From the NCBI GenBank assembly GCA_951406725.2, contig OX597816.1:44392001-44456000 (forward strand): 64,000 bases of DNA, given 5' to 3'. Below the pieces are notes generated by a model that had not been told where the DNA came from, did no database searches, and was given only the letters and a program-made list of their open reading frames with translations. Positions 18,805 to 33,208 of the stretch are shown here, in pieces (the stretch's first letter is position 1; the number at the start of each line of letters is the position of its first letter). Position numbers and translations under genes: made by a program. This stretch comes from Octopus vulgaris. Taxonomy: Eukaryota.

Positions 18805-19710
18805 TGTTCAGACAGAGAAATGTAGAAAGGGGAAAAAATATGTGAAAAGAACTGGCATAGAAGGGAACAAAGTGTACGGTCAGTTTGAAAGAGATACTTA
18901 TGCAAAGACGGATGCAGAAACCCGGTGGTTATGGATGCAGATGATTGATTTGAAGATAGAAATAGAAGCATTTATATACGTGGCATAGGACAAGCATTGA
19001 TAACAAATTATGTGAAGTGCAGAATTGATAAAACAAATCAGAGCGACAAATACAGAATACGGGGTGAGAAGGGTGAAACTGTGTAGCACATTGTTAGTGA
19101 ATAAATGAAACTGGCACTACGACGTGAATACAAAAGGCGACGTGACAATGTGACAAGAATGATCTATTAGGAGTTCTGATGAAGTTATGGCCTAGAAAGT
19201 TCAAAGTGGTATAACCAAATCCCAGAAGGAGCTACTAAGAATTTCAGAAGCCTGTGGGACGCAATAATTCAGCAGGACAATCAGATTAAACATCCGAAAC
19301 CTGACATTGTTGTAGAGAACAAAGAAGAGAACAATCAAGACAATCATGCCTGATGACTGACATAGCATGTCCTGGTGACAATAGGATCGAAGAGAAAGAG
19401 GAAAAAGTGAACAACTATGATGGATTGAAGTTGGAAGTACGCAGGTTCTGGGAAGTTAAAAGAGAGGACGTGATACCAATAGTGCTTGGCGTGCTAGGAA
19501 GTATCATCACTCAACTACCAACGTGGCTCAAAAAAATTGATATAAATATAAAGAAAGAACCCTTACAAAAATCATTATTCCTTGGAACAGTAAGAGTTCT
19601 CCGAAGGGTTCTTAAACCATGATCAGTAAAGAAGTGTCACTTTAGGCTGCTGGCTGAGTACAGCTGACACTTTCTATCATACCCAGCGAAATAAAGCTGA
19701 CATGTTTTAT
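18805..19710 (+). mobile_element. Degenerate R4/Dong-like LINE 3' fragment, related to 13955
   Basis: YGQF, KPDIV, DIACPGD...YDGLKLEVRRFW...VIPIVLGVLG...LQKSLFLGTVRVLRRVL motifs of the restriction-like endonuclease C-terminus. Confidence 0.88.
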
Positions 19711-19764
19711 ATTATAACAATAACAACAATAATAACGATAATTATAATAATAATACTTACTATT

Positions 19765-20195
19765 ATAGGCACAATGTCTGCAATTTAGGGGGAGGGGATA
19801 GTCGATTACATCGACCCCAGTACTCACCTGGTACTTTTTTCATCGACCCTAAAAGGATGAAAGGCAAAGTTGACCTCAGCGAAAATTGAATTCAAAACGT
19901 AGCGGCAGACGAAATACCGCTAAGCATTTTGTCCGGTGTCCTAACGATTCTACCAGCTCGTTACCTTAATAATTATAAAAATAATACTTTCTACTAAAGG
20001 TACAAGGCCTGCGGTTTTGGGGACGGGATAGTCGATTATGTCAGCCCCATTGTTTCACTGGTACTTAATTTCTCGATCCCGAAAGGATGAACGGCAGGGT
20101 TGACCTCAGCAGAATTTTAGCTCAGAATGTAATGGCAGACGAATTATCGCTAAGCATTTCGCCTGGCGTGCTAACGGTTCTGATAGCTCGCCACC

Positions 20196-20196
<1 letters not shown>
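19765..20196 (-). mobile_element. Two tandem diverged SINE family B copies
   Basis: Both contain GAAAGGATGAA-GGCA-GTTGACCTC, the reverse complement of the family B central domain. Confidence 0.8.
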
Positions 20197-20269
<73 letters not shown>

Positions 20270-20583
20270 AACAATAAAAAAAGAATTAGAACATCACTAA
20301 CAATGACATCAACGAACACAAGAGGAACAAGAACAAAAGCACAAAAATTAACAACTACAGTATCATAATCTCTTGAGAGAGACGAAAGATAGAAGATACG
20401 AAAATTGTTATTGATCATTACAATATTTTCGTTCCTTCTGGTCTAGGAGTATCAATCTGTGTAGATGTGTCTTTTCAGGTGATTACAATATGGATCTCGT
20501 TAAAATAACCACTGTTCCGCATGATATCTTCGCAGTTTGTGTATAGAAAGCAGCAAATTAAGGGCTACATCAGTTTTATAGAT

Positions 20584-20655
<72 letters not shown>

Positions 20656-21064
20656 ATAAATATATATATAAATGGGGGTTTGTATGATTGTGTATAGAAG
20701 GATATATATATATATATATTTCAAAGGAATTCCAACTCTGGCCCTAACCACTGGGCCATTGCGCCACCACGAAATATATAGTATAAATAGTATATATAGT
20801 AAAACGAAATGAAGTATTGATTGTCTTATTGAATATCAAATATTAAGGGACTAGTATACTCAGTATTTCATCTATTCAATAAGACAATCAATACTTCATT
20901 TCATTTTACTATATATGCTATTTATACTATGTATTCTATATTCTACATTAATATTATAAAGAATATAAATAAAACATTAAAAAATAGAGTTGGAATTCCT
21001 TTGAATAATATATATATATACATACATATATATGTATGTATGTATGTATATATATATACATATA

Positions 21065-21324
21065 CAATGGCCCAGTGGTTAGGGCAACGATTCCCAGATC
21101 GGGCGTTGTGAGTGTTTATTGAGCGAAAACACCTAAAGCTCCACGAGGTTCCAGCAGGGAGTGGTGGCGAACCTTTCAGTACAACTTTCTCTCACTCTTT
21201 CTTCTGTTGGCCTACTCGCTTAGCCAGCGGGGTGGCGTCATTTGAAAGCTAAAACAATGCGAAGCGCATTGTGACAGCGATGTGTAGCAACATCTGATAG
21301 CCTGGTCGGTCACGGTGACGGTGA
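21065..21324 (+). mobile_element. SINE family C with an RTE-like 3' tail, internally deleted head
   Basis: CAATGGCCCAGTGGTTAGGGC head; tail CTGGTCGGTCACGGTGA followed by (TA)n. Confidence 0.8.
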
Positions 21325-21381
21325 TATATATATATATGTATGTATATATGTATGCATGTATATACGTAGATAAATAGACAT

Positions 21382-21496
<115 letters not shown>

Positions 21497-22241
21497 TATA
21501 TAGGGCGAGCGAGAGAGAGAGAGAGATAGATATACAGATCATTTATTCTTCTTTCGATGTAGTTGAACAACCAAACCCAAAACACTCAGGATTTACATCA
21601 CGAGTTACGCTATTCATCCTTTCGATCACTAAATACAGGTCGTGGAACGCGAGTCTTCCAGCCGCGTGGTTACCCATTTACAGCTGACTGGATTGGAGCT
21701 AGAGCGAGGTGAAATTAAGTGTTTTGCTCAAGACTACAACGCACATAGATTATGCATATAACAAACATTTGTATAAACACGTTGCCGTACTATATATTTT
21801 ATTTGAACGTGTTCAGTCGTGAAGGGCACCAGCTATGCATCGGTGCAGTCGAGTACTCCTCCGCATATCACAACTTTACTTGGTGCTACGCTGAGAGAAA
21901 TGTGTGGACGCCTAAAAGTATGTCTATATATTCTCACGACGATATAGGCACCTAAAACATTTTACGAAAGCATCGCACATATTACCTTGCTATACTCGCT
22001 CACAGATGATGGTCAGTTGTAATTTGTTCTTCACTATAATAGGAAATACTAAAATTTTAAAAGGCGTAGGCATACCTGCGTGGCAAGAATTTTGCTTCTC
22101 AACCATATCGATCCGAGGTCCCACAGTATGGCACGTTGGGTGAGTGTCTTCTACTCTATCCTCCGACCGACAGAGTAGATTTGGAAGACGGAAACTGAAA
22201 GAAGCCCGTCCTATATATCCATCTGTCTGTTTATATCTATC

Positions 22242-24103
22242 TCGCTTCTATACGTATTGACTCTCGAGCCATTATTGCGGAAGCTGGCAACTCTGAGGGG
22301 CATCCCGCGAGAACTGGGATGCGGGACGAGCGTGTCTGCATACGCGGACGACGTCACCGTCATAGTGTCTAGCCACGAGCACATCGAGCAGGTCGGCGAG
22401 ACACTGAAAAACTACGAAGCGGTAACAGGAGCGAAAATCAACCGGCAAAAATCAGTGGGCTTGCGACTCGGCACCTGGAGAAGCAAGCCCATGCCGTCCA
22501 CCAGCGCCTCCGTCGTGGGACGCTGGACGGACGGTTCGGTCGAGTTGCATCGGATCTGGTTTGGTCCGGACCTCCGAGTGGAGAAGAACTGGAACGAGAT
22601 AACGAGTAGGGTGGTCACTCTCGCCCGGCCGAGAGGAAACTGTCCCTAAAAGGTCGGGCGGAGGTGGCGAACTCGTACATCGCGTCCGTCATCTACAACC
22701 GCTTGACCGTCGTGCCTTGTCCCGACCCTACCATCACCAAACTAGAACGCATTCTCTTTCGCTTCTTGTGGAAAGGATGCGTCCCGATGGTCAGGCGATC
22801 CATTTGCTGTCAACACCCGTTAAAAGGAGGACTGGGCATGCCGTGGTTGATGATGCGCAGACACGCGCTGAGACTGCGACACCTCAGGCTCTACGTAGAC
22901 GACGGTGAACAGGTGTGGTCGCCGTTTGTGAGGCACGCTTTCCCGCAACTCGTCTCCATGACCGATCTGCAGTCGTGGATCAAAAAGAGGCCGAGGAAGG
23001 GCGAATGGCACCGCGAGTGCCGCGTTGCTCTCAAGCAACTCTGCCGTCCCGGGTCGAACTTCAGTGACTCCAACACAACCAAAGCATTCTATACGGGATT
23101 AGTGGAGGGAGGTACGACGACGAGCTCGGGGCGAACCTGGACGTCGACGAGGATTACCTGACCCGCCTGTTCGGGACGACTTTCGGGCCAGAGCCCATGG
23201 ACAACTTCCAGAGATCCCTGGCCTGGCTATGCTACCGAGAAGCGCTACCCGTTCGGGATAAGCTCTACAGACACGGCTCGAGAAACACTAGGCCGACCTG
23301 CCCGAGATACGGTCAGAGCGACGAAACTGTTCTGCACGCACTCGTGCAGTGTCCAGCAATTTCCGACCTGTGGGCTTATGTCAAACAACTACTGTCACGT
23401 GTGGGACGTGTCGGTTTATCAGCGGAGTCTATCGTCAATATTGTCACGCCTCCTTCCTTCAAATGGGAAAGGAAGAGCTATTTTCATCATCCTTGTGGCT
23501 ATGGCGAAAGAATGTATCTGGGGGACGCGTCTGAAAGGATTGGAGACAAACACTTTCCTCTCTGGTCAATCTCTCATCAACTTCTTCAAGTATCACTTGA
23601 AAAGGAAAGTGAGAGTAGAGAGGCAGTTTTGTCTAGCGAATATTTTAAAAAAAGATGGGTGAATGTAGCAAAGATGGCACGCATGAATGACGAAGCCACC
23701 TTGAGCATAATCCTATGAACCCAGAAATTGAAAACAGAGGGTTACCCACTTGCAAACATATGTGGTAACATGTAACAATACTGACCGAGGTTACCGTGGT
23801 CTTTTCCGTAGGCTTTTCTTCCCACGGATAAACCTTATCTGCTTCCCACTTTACACCGTACATCATGACACTGTGATACACGATCCCTATTGATGGGTTT
23901 TTTCTTTTTCCCCTTTTTTCCTTTTTTCTCCTTTTATCTTTTTTCTTTTGTTTCTCTTCCTTTTTTTTCTTTTTTTCTTCTTTCTCTTTTACGATCCCTT
24001 TTGATCGAAAACCTACCCCACATTTTTTTTTCCAAAAGAAGAAAAGCTCTACTTTGTAATCTGTCCCGTCTGTGTGCAGCCCTGTGTGGCTAATGAAGAA
24101 ACA
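22242..24103 (+). mobile_element. Tx1/L1-clade LINE, 5'-truncated ORF2 (RT C-terminus and zinc finger) plus 3' UTR
   Basis: LEPLLRKL...SAYADDVTV...GAKINRQKS, FRFLWKG...GGLGMP, ALPVRDKL...CPR...ETVLHALVQC, with frameshifts and a pyrimidine-rich 3' UTR. Nested between the two halves of a SINE A copy. Confidence 0.93.
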
Positions 24104-24113
24104 TATCTATCTA

Positions 24114-24191
<78 letters not shown>

Positions 24192-24192
24192 G

Positions 24193-24250
<58 letters not shown>

Positions 24251-25111
24251 AATTATATAATTATAAGTGTGTTTGTTGGTGTGCGTGTATGTGTGTAGGT
24301 GCATTTATGTGTGTGTGAGAGTGAGCGTGCGTGTTTGCGCGTGTATTTGTGCATGTGTGTTTGTCCTCCGCCACCGTGTGATAACCGGTGTTAGTGTGTT
24401 TACGTCCCCGTTAGATATAGCGGCTCGCCAAAAGTGACCGTTAGAGTAAGTACTAGGGATCGATTTGTTTGACTAAAAAAATCTTCAAGGTGATGCTTCA
24501 GCATGGCCACAGTCTAATGACGGAAACAAGTAAAAGCATGAAAGATACCAGTCGGTACTTCGCTGAAATTTATGTTACGAAATTCCTCCCGCATTTGATG
24601 TACAGTAATCATAGGCGGCTCGCAGACATTCTGGATAGCACGGCTTACGAAAAAAAAATCACCTTGAAAATCAATTAGTAGTGCAATCGGCCAGATGATT
24701 CTGGCAACCGATTGCCCATACTTGACAGAGTATTTATAGCAATTTTCCAATTGTCACTTCTTAAATGTTGTTACCGCAATATTTATGTAAGGAAACAATT
24801 GTAAATTATCATATTCGTTTATGCAAATAATATGCAAATTACTCAGTGTTCATTTTCAAATCTAAATGTCTTAATTACATCATTTACGTTATCATGTGTT
24901 TAAATACCTTTACAAAATAATATTAATTGGCTAATCACATTAATTTGAGAATCGATATATATTTATTTGTGGTGGGTTATTAATAGCATATTATATTATT
25001 ATGAAAATTTAATTAATTCTATATCATTGTGTTTATGAAAGTTATATGAAAAAACAATGCCTGCAGCCATATATATATATATATGTATATGTATATATGT
25101 ATGTATGTATG

Positions 25112-25195
<84 letters not shown>

Positions 25196-25235
25196 CATGT
25201 ATATGTATATATATGTATATATATATATATGTATG

Positions 25236-25314
<79 letters not shown>

Positions 25315-25464
25315 ATATAAATATATATATATATGTATGTATCTGTGTATGTATGTATATATACATACATATATATACCTATATGTATATATACATGTGT
25401 GTGTATGTATATGTATATATATAATATATACATATGTGTGTGTGTGTGTGTGTATTTGTGTATG

Positions 25465-25496
<32 letters not shown>

Positions 25497-26042
25497 CGGA
25501 TACATGTATATATATATATGTATATAAATATATGTGTGTCTGAGTGTGTGCGAGTGTATATGTGTGTATGTGTGTGTATATGCGTGTATTTATGCATGTA
25601 CATCTGTTATTCTGTGTAAAGTATTGCATTATAATGATTTAATAACGAAATATTTTATTGTTTTCATAAAAGTAACGTATTTATTGTATGGGAAGCATTT
25701 CTTTTACTTTTTATTAAATTTGGTTTGCAATAACCGCTTTTAAAAATTTATGAAAAACAAAATTGCTGCTTCCAGCACCATACCTTTTATTTTGTCGTTT
25801 TAACCCCAGGTTAGTCCTGGTCTAGTACTCCAGTGATGAAATGCATTTTAACGGTGATCATATTTTTACGTAGGCATAGCGTTGTGCCGTTTTCTGTGGT
25901 TTTCATTTCTTTTTGAAATGATTTCCTACGTCTCTCGTGGAACGTTTTGCATTCAGCGATCGAAAGGATGAATAGCTGAAATCTTATGGTGAATCCCGAC
26001 TAGTTGGAATTTGTTGTTTAACTATGTCGAAGAATGAATGAT

Positions 26043-26146
<104 letters not shown>

Positions 26147-26147
26147 A

Positions 26148-26183
<36 letters not shown>

Positions 26184-26261
26184 AATCTATCTATCTATCT
26201 TACTTTCTTTTATCTATGCGTATGAATATATATATATATATATATATATATAATAATAATG

Positions 26262-26320
<59 letters not shown>

Positions 26321-26753
26321 CCATGAATGGAATTTATATATATTTTAAATCGTCGTTTGCACGGTTTGCATGTTTCTTAAGATGATTGTCCGTATTCCTG
26401 GGTTGATTACAGTATAGTCTGTAGTATTCATGGACATCAGCTAGATCATATTCATGCGTTCATCTCCTCGCCCAAAGATACTATGGACAGTAACTTAATC
26501 ATCCAGGGAATACAGAGTACGATTTGAAGAGACATGTGATCTGTGGAAACGCGCGTTGCGATGCATTAAAAGAATTATAAATTTCATCCATGGATTATTA
26601 TTATTATTATTATTATTATTAATATTATTATTATTATTATTATGATTATTATCATTATTATTATTATATTATTATTATTATTATGGCGGTGCCCCAGCAT
26701 GGCCACAGCTCGTGAGCTGAAACTAGATAATTTGAAATAAATAAAATAAATAG

Positions 26754-26803
<50 letters not shown>

Positions 26804-26815
26804 GATTATTACTAT

Positions 26816-27350
26816 GAGTGAGAGAGCAGTGCATGCCATCAAAGTGACACTGGAGTAAAATATTCGAAGCCCTGTATACCCATCATGACTACCCATCTGA
26901 TAAGGGTACACTAGGCACATGCATCACAACCATATGTGCGTGGCATGGTGATCTCATATCAAGATAAACAGTACACGACCTTGCAGGTGGGGCCCAATAA
27001 GAATTTTCTTCTGGTCGAGTAGCCCATCCCACTCAAACGGTCTCTGAATAAGGGATATTTAAGGATGTTGAACAAAATACCCATGTTTTCAGAGGTTAAT
27101 TATCCAAACCCCCAAAGAATTCCTCTCAACACATGGCTATGATGCTCCCCCACTACTTCTGCTCGTGATCAGAGATGCACATATAATCAGCCACTAAGGG
27201 ACATGGTAAACTGGTTAAGGTCAAACAACTGACAAACAAATCTGTGGTATTGAGCAGACTATTTACTGTAGCCCATCTTTTATACTAAGAAAAAAAATGT
27301 ACATGATAACACTTCCAATCAGTCAAGATCCACTGCCTGGTACTGTATCA
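26816..27350 (-). mobile_element. Family D element, copy 2
   Basis: Reverse complement of 13428-13950; abuts (ATT)n. Confidence 0.85.
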
Positions 27351-27406
27351 GTTACGATCAGTTAAGAGAGCCACTGCATGCCAGGTTAGGGCTAACAACA
27401 TCGATA

Positions 27407-27637
27407 GGCGGCGAGCTGGCAGAAACGTTAGCACGCCGGGCGAAATGCGTAGCCGTATTTCGTCTGCCGTTACGTTGTGAGTTCAAATTCCGCCGAGGTC
27501 GACTTTGCCTTTCATCCTTTCGAGGTCGATAAATTAAGCACCAGTTACGCACTGGGGTCGATGTAATCGACTTAATACCTATGTCTTTCCTTGTTTGTCC
27601 CCTCTGTGTTTAGCCCCTTGTGGGTAATAAAGAAATA
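27407..27637 (+). mobile_element. SINE family B, young copy with ~22-bp TSD
   Basis: Head GGCGGCGAGCTGGCAGAAACGTTAG, B-box-like GAGTTCAAATTCC, central GCCTTTCATCCTTTCGAGGTCGATAAA. Flanked by GGTTAGGGCTAACA(A/G)CATCGAT on both sides. Confidence 0.92.
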
Positions 27638-27959
27638 GGTTAGGGCTAACAGCATCGATTAGTATTTAACGTCTATGACTATTATGAGTTGCCACTCACG
27701 CTGTAAACGTCTCCAACAGGTAATTCCATGTTCGCTTCACTGGATGGTAATATTATCCAGAGTGTGTAATAGCAATAATTTATAATGATAGAGAATTTTG
27801 TGATTGCTACATCCTTAAAATTTATTTTCTTTTAATTTACATTTCATGCAGCATATTTTTTATGGTTATGACAACCTATACGTGTTTCGACTGCACGGAG
27901 TACGGATAGTTGCACATGCAACCTGGCGTGATATTCTGTGCAGCTCAGATGAAAATAGT

Positions 27960-29520
27960 AGACTAGACATTAAAAAAATGAACCTATAAACAAGAATATT
28001 GGTAATGCTAAACTGGCTGAAAGAACAGAAATAGTTAATAGCAGAAGTGACTGGAACACTAATATCAACATATCACAGATTGTATTGGGGGACGGTTTTA
28101 AAGTAAGGACCAGCAATCGAGGGAAAAAAACACTTCACCACAAGCCTATACCTCCACACTCAGGGTGCTAGAAATAGAAGCTCACAAACACCTATGGATA
28201 TTGAGTTTAGGGAAAATAGTAGATAAATAGGAACGAGGGCAGAAGAGACATATAGCAGGAACTATAGAACAATGGATAAGAGGAACGGAATTAGGTCTCT
28301 CTAATTTTTGCTAGGAATGAAGTATGTCCCTTAAACTCTAGATGTTCAACGAAGAAACTTGTATATTGATGTAAAATCACTTCTGAGGAAAGAACATGCT
28401 TCTACATAAGGACGAACTCGCTAAATTTTAAAAGACTAGCTACTGTTTAAATTCATTTAGAGACAGAAATAAAATAAACAGCACGGGCTTAAGCAAACTA
28501 ATCTGGCCCTTAAACATAGGAACTATAGCTTACTCCGGAGTGGGAGATAATTAGTTAAGCTAAACCGCATCAAGGAGGAGGAAGTGGATGTCAGTCATGT
28601 AAAGAAGAAATATACCAAATCTTTTCATCGAGGTATAAATTGCTCAGCAGCAGAGTGGAACAGGCCTTAAGATGCTTACGCAAACAGCAAAGCATTTAAG
28701 AAATTTAACAATCGTTCTAGATAACTCAATATCCCACCCACATATAGGTTAGAAAAGAAGGATATAAGCGCATGTCCTAAACTCCCCAAATATATGGCAT
28801 TTTCGTAACAAACCTAGTATCTATTTTTTATCTTTTCTACTACCCAGCATAAATACTTCAACCACAAAAATATCTGAATAACTAAGAACCGTACATAGAA
28901 CTGTACCACCCTAAAATAAAATACATTACAAGAACTATACTTCAAAGTAAGGTTATTAAGTTCCCATCTACTACAATAAACAAAGAAGCCTATCAAAAGA
29001 GGTACAAACTTCTTAATTAAATAGAATCCAGACTTCAGCTTAGCAACTGGTGTGAAACCGAGATCCACAACACAAGCTTACACACACATAAGATTTCAGA
29101 TTCAAAACAACTAACCCTCACTTCCACCTGAACCCTAACCATTGGTTGACTTCAAACATAGCTAGTTGAAGGACCCTGAACAAAGTTGCACAGAATATTA
29201 TGCTAGGTTACATGTGCAAATGCCCATACTCCGTGCAATCGAAACACGTGAGGTCGTCCTAACCATAGGAAATATGGTGTATGAAATGTGAGATAAAAGG
29301 ATATAAATTTTGAGGATGTACCAATCTCCATATTCTCTATCATCATAATTATTGCTCATATATATATATATAATCATTATGAGGATATATGAACCTCTTA
29401 TAGGGATAGTTTTATCCAAGTTACACTGGTTTAATACATTTTGAAGATATAATTCTTCAATGAATATATTATACAAATATCAAATATTAGTGAAATAAGA
29501 AAATGGAGAGATATAATGGA
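27960..29520 (+). mobile_element. Possible very old LINE relic
   Basis: A-rich non-microsatellite block with a weak IVLGDGF (GDFN-like) motif and no continuous frame. Confidence 0.25.
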
Positions 29521-32139
29521 TATAAATTAATTTGTGATTAACATTGCCTACAATTGTTTCAATTTACATACACTACAAATTACAAAATACAGATAATATA
29601 TAATAAAATGATTTTGCACTTTCTAAGATTTTGAGTGAAATATCTTCAGGGCAAAAAGGACATTACGGAATTTACATGTGAATCATTTGAGATACTACAA
29701 TATATTAAGCAGATGAAAATATTTACAGTTATTTATATCTGTGTACGTTAATATTTTATTTATATATAATAATCATTTAATTATTTAAACATAATAATAA
29801 TAAACTGAAGTATATAAAATAATTAAAATATCGATTAAAAATGAAAATAAAAAATAAAAAATAAAATGGAAATTAAAAATGAAAGTAATAAAATAGTAAT
29901 TATAAAAATTTATAAAAATATATAAAAAATACATACGACAGGCATCTTTTAGTTTCCGACTACCAAATCTATTGACAAGGCTTTTGTAAGCTCGATACTA
30001 TAATAAAAAAACACTTGTATAAGATGCCATGCAGTGGGACTGAAACTAGAACCGTATGGTTGAGAATTAAACTTCTTACCACGTAGACACTCATGCCCAT
30101 AAGCGTATACACAGGTGCGTGCGTATGTTTGTGAGTCTGTATGTGTGTGTACATATATATATATATATGTATGTATATTTGTAGTCGCAGCATATTTGTG
30201 CTTCTGATGTTTTTTATGCGACTATATGTATAAATCTCGTTTCGACTTCCGAAAGGGATGCCGTCCTGTTGGAGGATAAACCCAACAACTGCCTCGGGAA
30301 CTACTTTCCTGCTGTGCGGATTGGTACAACATAAAACGAAGTGCCTTGCCGAAATACACAAGAGGTAACCCGGCTAGAAAATCGAACCCGTGACCAAGGA
30401 ATCGCGAGTTCAACACTATCCATGCAGCCACGCGACTTCACGCGTTGTATCCGATACTAAGCTATTGAACTTCTCTTTCATTTCTCTTTAAGATCGTAGT
30501 GTGGAATTTAAATGAAAAAATGAAATTTTGCCGTTCTTTCTAACCAGTTCTGCCACCAGCGTAGACCATTACGTTTAGAACCAATGATAGGAATTTATAA
30601 ATGAACGTGAAACCAACATTGCCATGGAGATCAAATGGCTACTATAATAGTATCTTTTCCTAAAAGCAAGTTTCAATCTCTGTGCTATTCTAAATACCAA
30701 AATGTTCTCTGCAGTCTAATCTTTCCCAGTCTGACCTCCTGTAGTTCGCTGGTTGCATGATCTTTTTATTTCCTATATACATCTCAATGAAAAATTGTTC
30801 CTGTCATTTCCGAGCAGCTACAAGACTCTAAGTAATTTTCTCAAACAGAATGTAAAAAGAAAGAAAGAAAGAAAGAAAGAAAGAAATGAAATAATAAAAA
30901 CTTTTATCCACATTCTCTTTATTTTCATTATTTTGTTCAATTTCTGACACATTCTCTAAAAGCTTTCAGTATGGCCTGTGCATAAAACATAAAGTAAAAC
31001 AGTTTAAAGAAAAAAAATAATATACATGAAAGTACTTTCCGATTTGATGTCATACAGCTACATCTATAGCGAATAAAATGCTATTTTGATGACTAATTTC
31101 CCCCGACTAAATAATTTTTCTTTCTTCATGAAGTTTGGCAAGGACAGGTCGGCTTAGATACCAGCAATTTATCATGTTGTAATTCGTACTGGAGAAGAAA
31201 GATGCAGACAGTTTATATATTCTGACCCGAGCCGAGGGCATCGCAGATATATCGTGCGGGCAATCTATAATCGAAACTGGTAGAGCCATCGATCGCGATT
31301 GATGAAGCCACTTTTATTGTTATCACCGCAGAAAAAAAAAATTAGAGATAGCCAACCATCACAAACACATTCATATAATGGAAGGGAAAACTTTATCAAA
31401 TTATATATTTTAGATCACGATTAATGATTAATAGCGTCGTTTACAGATTTTAAATGGATCAGTTACTGATTTACTGCATTTCCTACAGTAGGAACGAAAA
31501 GGAAGTGTTTGAAACTCATGTAAAACAAATATTCCAAGGGACGTCTTTCGTAAAGGACAAGCATTTCCATTTTTCCGTCATTGTATACCGCATTCGCTGA
31601 TATACGTGTATGTATACAGACACATATATATTAATGTTTGTTTTTATATATATGCATACACACGGAGACACATATACATATGAATATGTTTGTGTGCGCG
31701 CACGCGCGTGCATGTGTTTATATCTGAGTGTGTGCAATTAGGCTTTAACTGAAGGATCACTCAGTGGGTTTAAGAAGTGTAACACATCTATTTTTACAGA
31801 AAAAACTGTTGAGAGTAACTTCGAAATATTGATTTTTCTTTTCACTTACAAACCCGCAGCCGATGAATCTTCGAAGACAATCCTAAAATTTCGGTCAATT
31901 CTGTTTGACTCGAAATGTATCGTTAATACAAGGCCATGGTTGACGAACCTTAGGATGCAATCTGAAAGTGCCATGGTTATGCCTCATATCTTTTATTTAT
32001 TACTTGCTTCAGTCAAACCCAGTACATTTTTTTCTCCCTGGTAATCTTCGTATCAAACAACACCGGTCGTCAAACAGTAGCGGGGAGCAGGAGAAAACAA
32101 AACAGACACACACGCCTACACACACATGCAAATATGAAT

Positions 32140-32440
32140 GTTGGGCTCACAATCATGATCTAGTGAGTTCGATTTGCAGGCTTGGCTGTGTGTTGTGTTC
32201 TTGAGCAAGACACTTTATTTCACGTTGCTCCAGTTCACTCAGCTGTAGTAATGAGTTGCAACTGGATTGGTGCCAAGCTGTATCGGCCTTTGCCTTTCTC
32301 TTGCATAACATCGGTGGCATGGAGAGTGGAGGCTGTGCGACTGCTGGTCTTCCATAAACAATCTTGCCTGGACTTCTGCCTTTGAGAGTAAGATTCTAGG
32401 TGTAATCCCACAATCATTCATGACTGATTCGGGTTTCTAC
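32140..32440 (+). mobile_element. Diverged tRNA-derived SINE with a CORE-like central block
   Basis: B-box GAGTTCGATT followed by TTCTTGAGCAAGACACTTTATTTCAC...CACTCAGCTGTA. Confidence 0.6.
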
Positions 32441-33152
32441 TCTTTACCCTGTATATACACGACGGGCTTCTTTCAGTTTCTGTCCATCAAACTAACTTAC
32501 AAGTGATTAGTCGGCCAGAAGCTATAGTTCAAGAAACTTGTCCAAGATGCCACGGAGTAGGATTGGACCAAAGACCACATGTTCGGGAAGCAAGCTTTTC
32601 AACCACACAGCCACTCCTGTGCCTATGCTAAAAGTTTGTAAACTGTACATTAAAAAAGAAATAATCAGAGATTCAATTCCACTATATAATTGAAATTGAA
32701 TGGATATAATAATGGCTATTTCTTCATCGCAGATTGTCAGTCCTTCCTGAAGATTCCTCCTATCTCTTGATTTAATAGCCATCAAAAACCTTAGCGAAAA
32801 ATAAAGATGACAAAAAAACATCTGAATCCGTAAACCCACTACACCTACACACTAATCTAAGAATGTACTGAATAATGATTGCTTTAGTACAGGGGGAATT
32901 TCGTTCAATTAAAAGGTTTTTAAGACGATTCTCTTATCTATGATTAATTAATTTTTATCCTAATTTCCTCATCTTTTCTTTCATATGACCTCTACATCTT
33001 GAAGTATACTTACACTGCGAAGATAAGTAAAATTCAAAACTGTAAAATAAGCTTTTATATGAGAAGAACCAGGAAGTAAACACATCCGTACATTATAGAC
33101 GTGTATGCGCTTATAAGACACAATCACACATACATACGTACATACATACATG

Positions 33153-33208
<56 letters not shown>

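Noticed and set aside
27872-27950. Half hammerhead on the minus strand (CTGCAC/GTGCAG stem, GAAACACGTA)
   Set aside because: CUGANGA and stem I are missing; at most a decayed relic.
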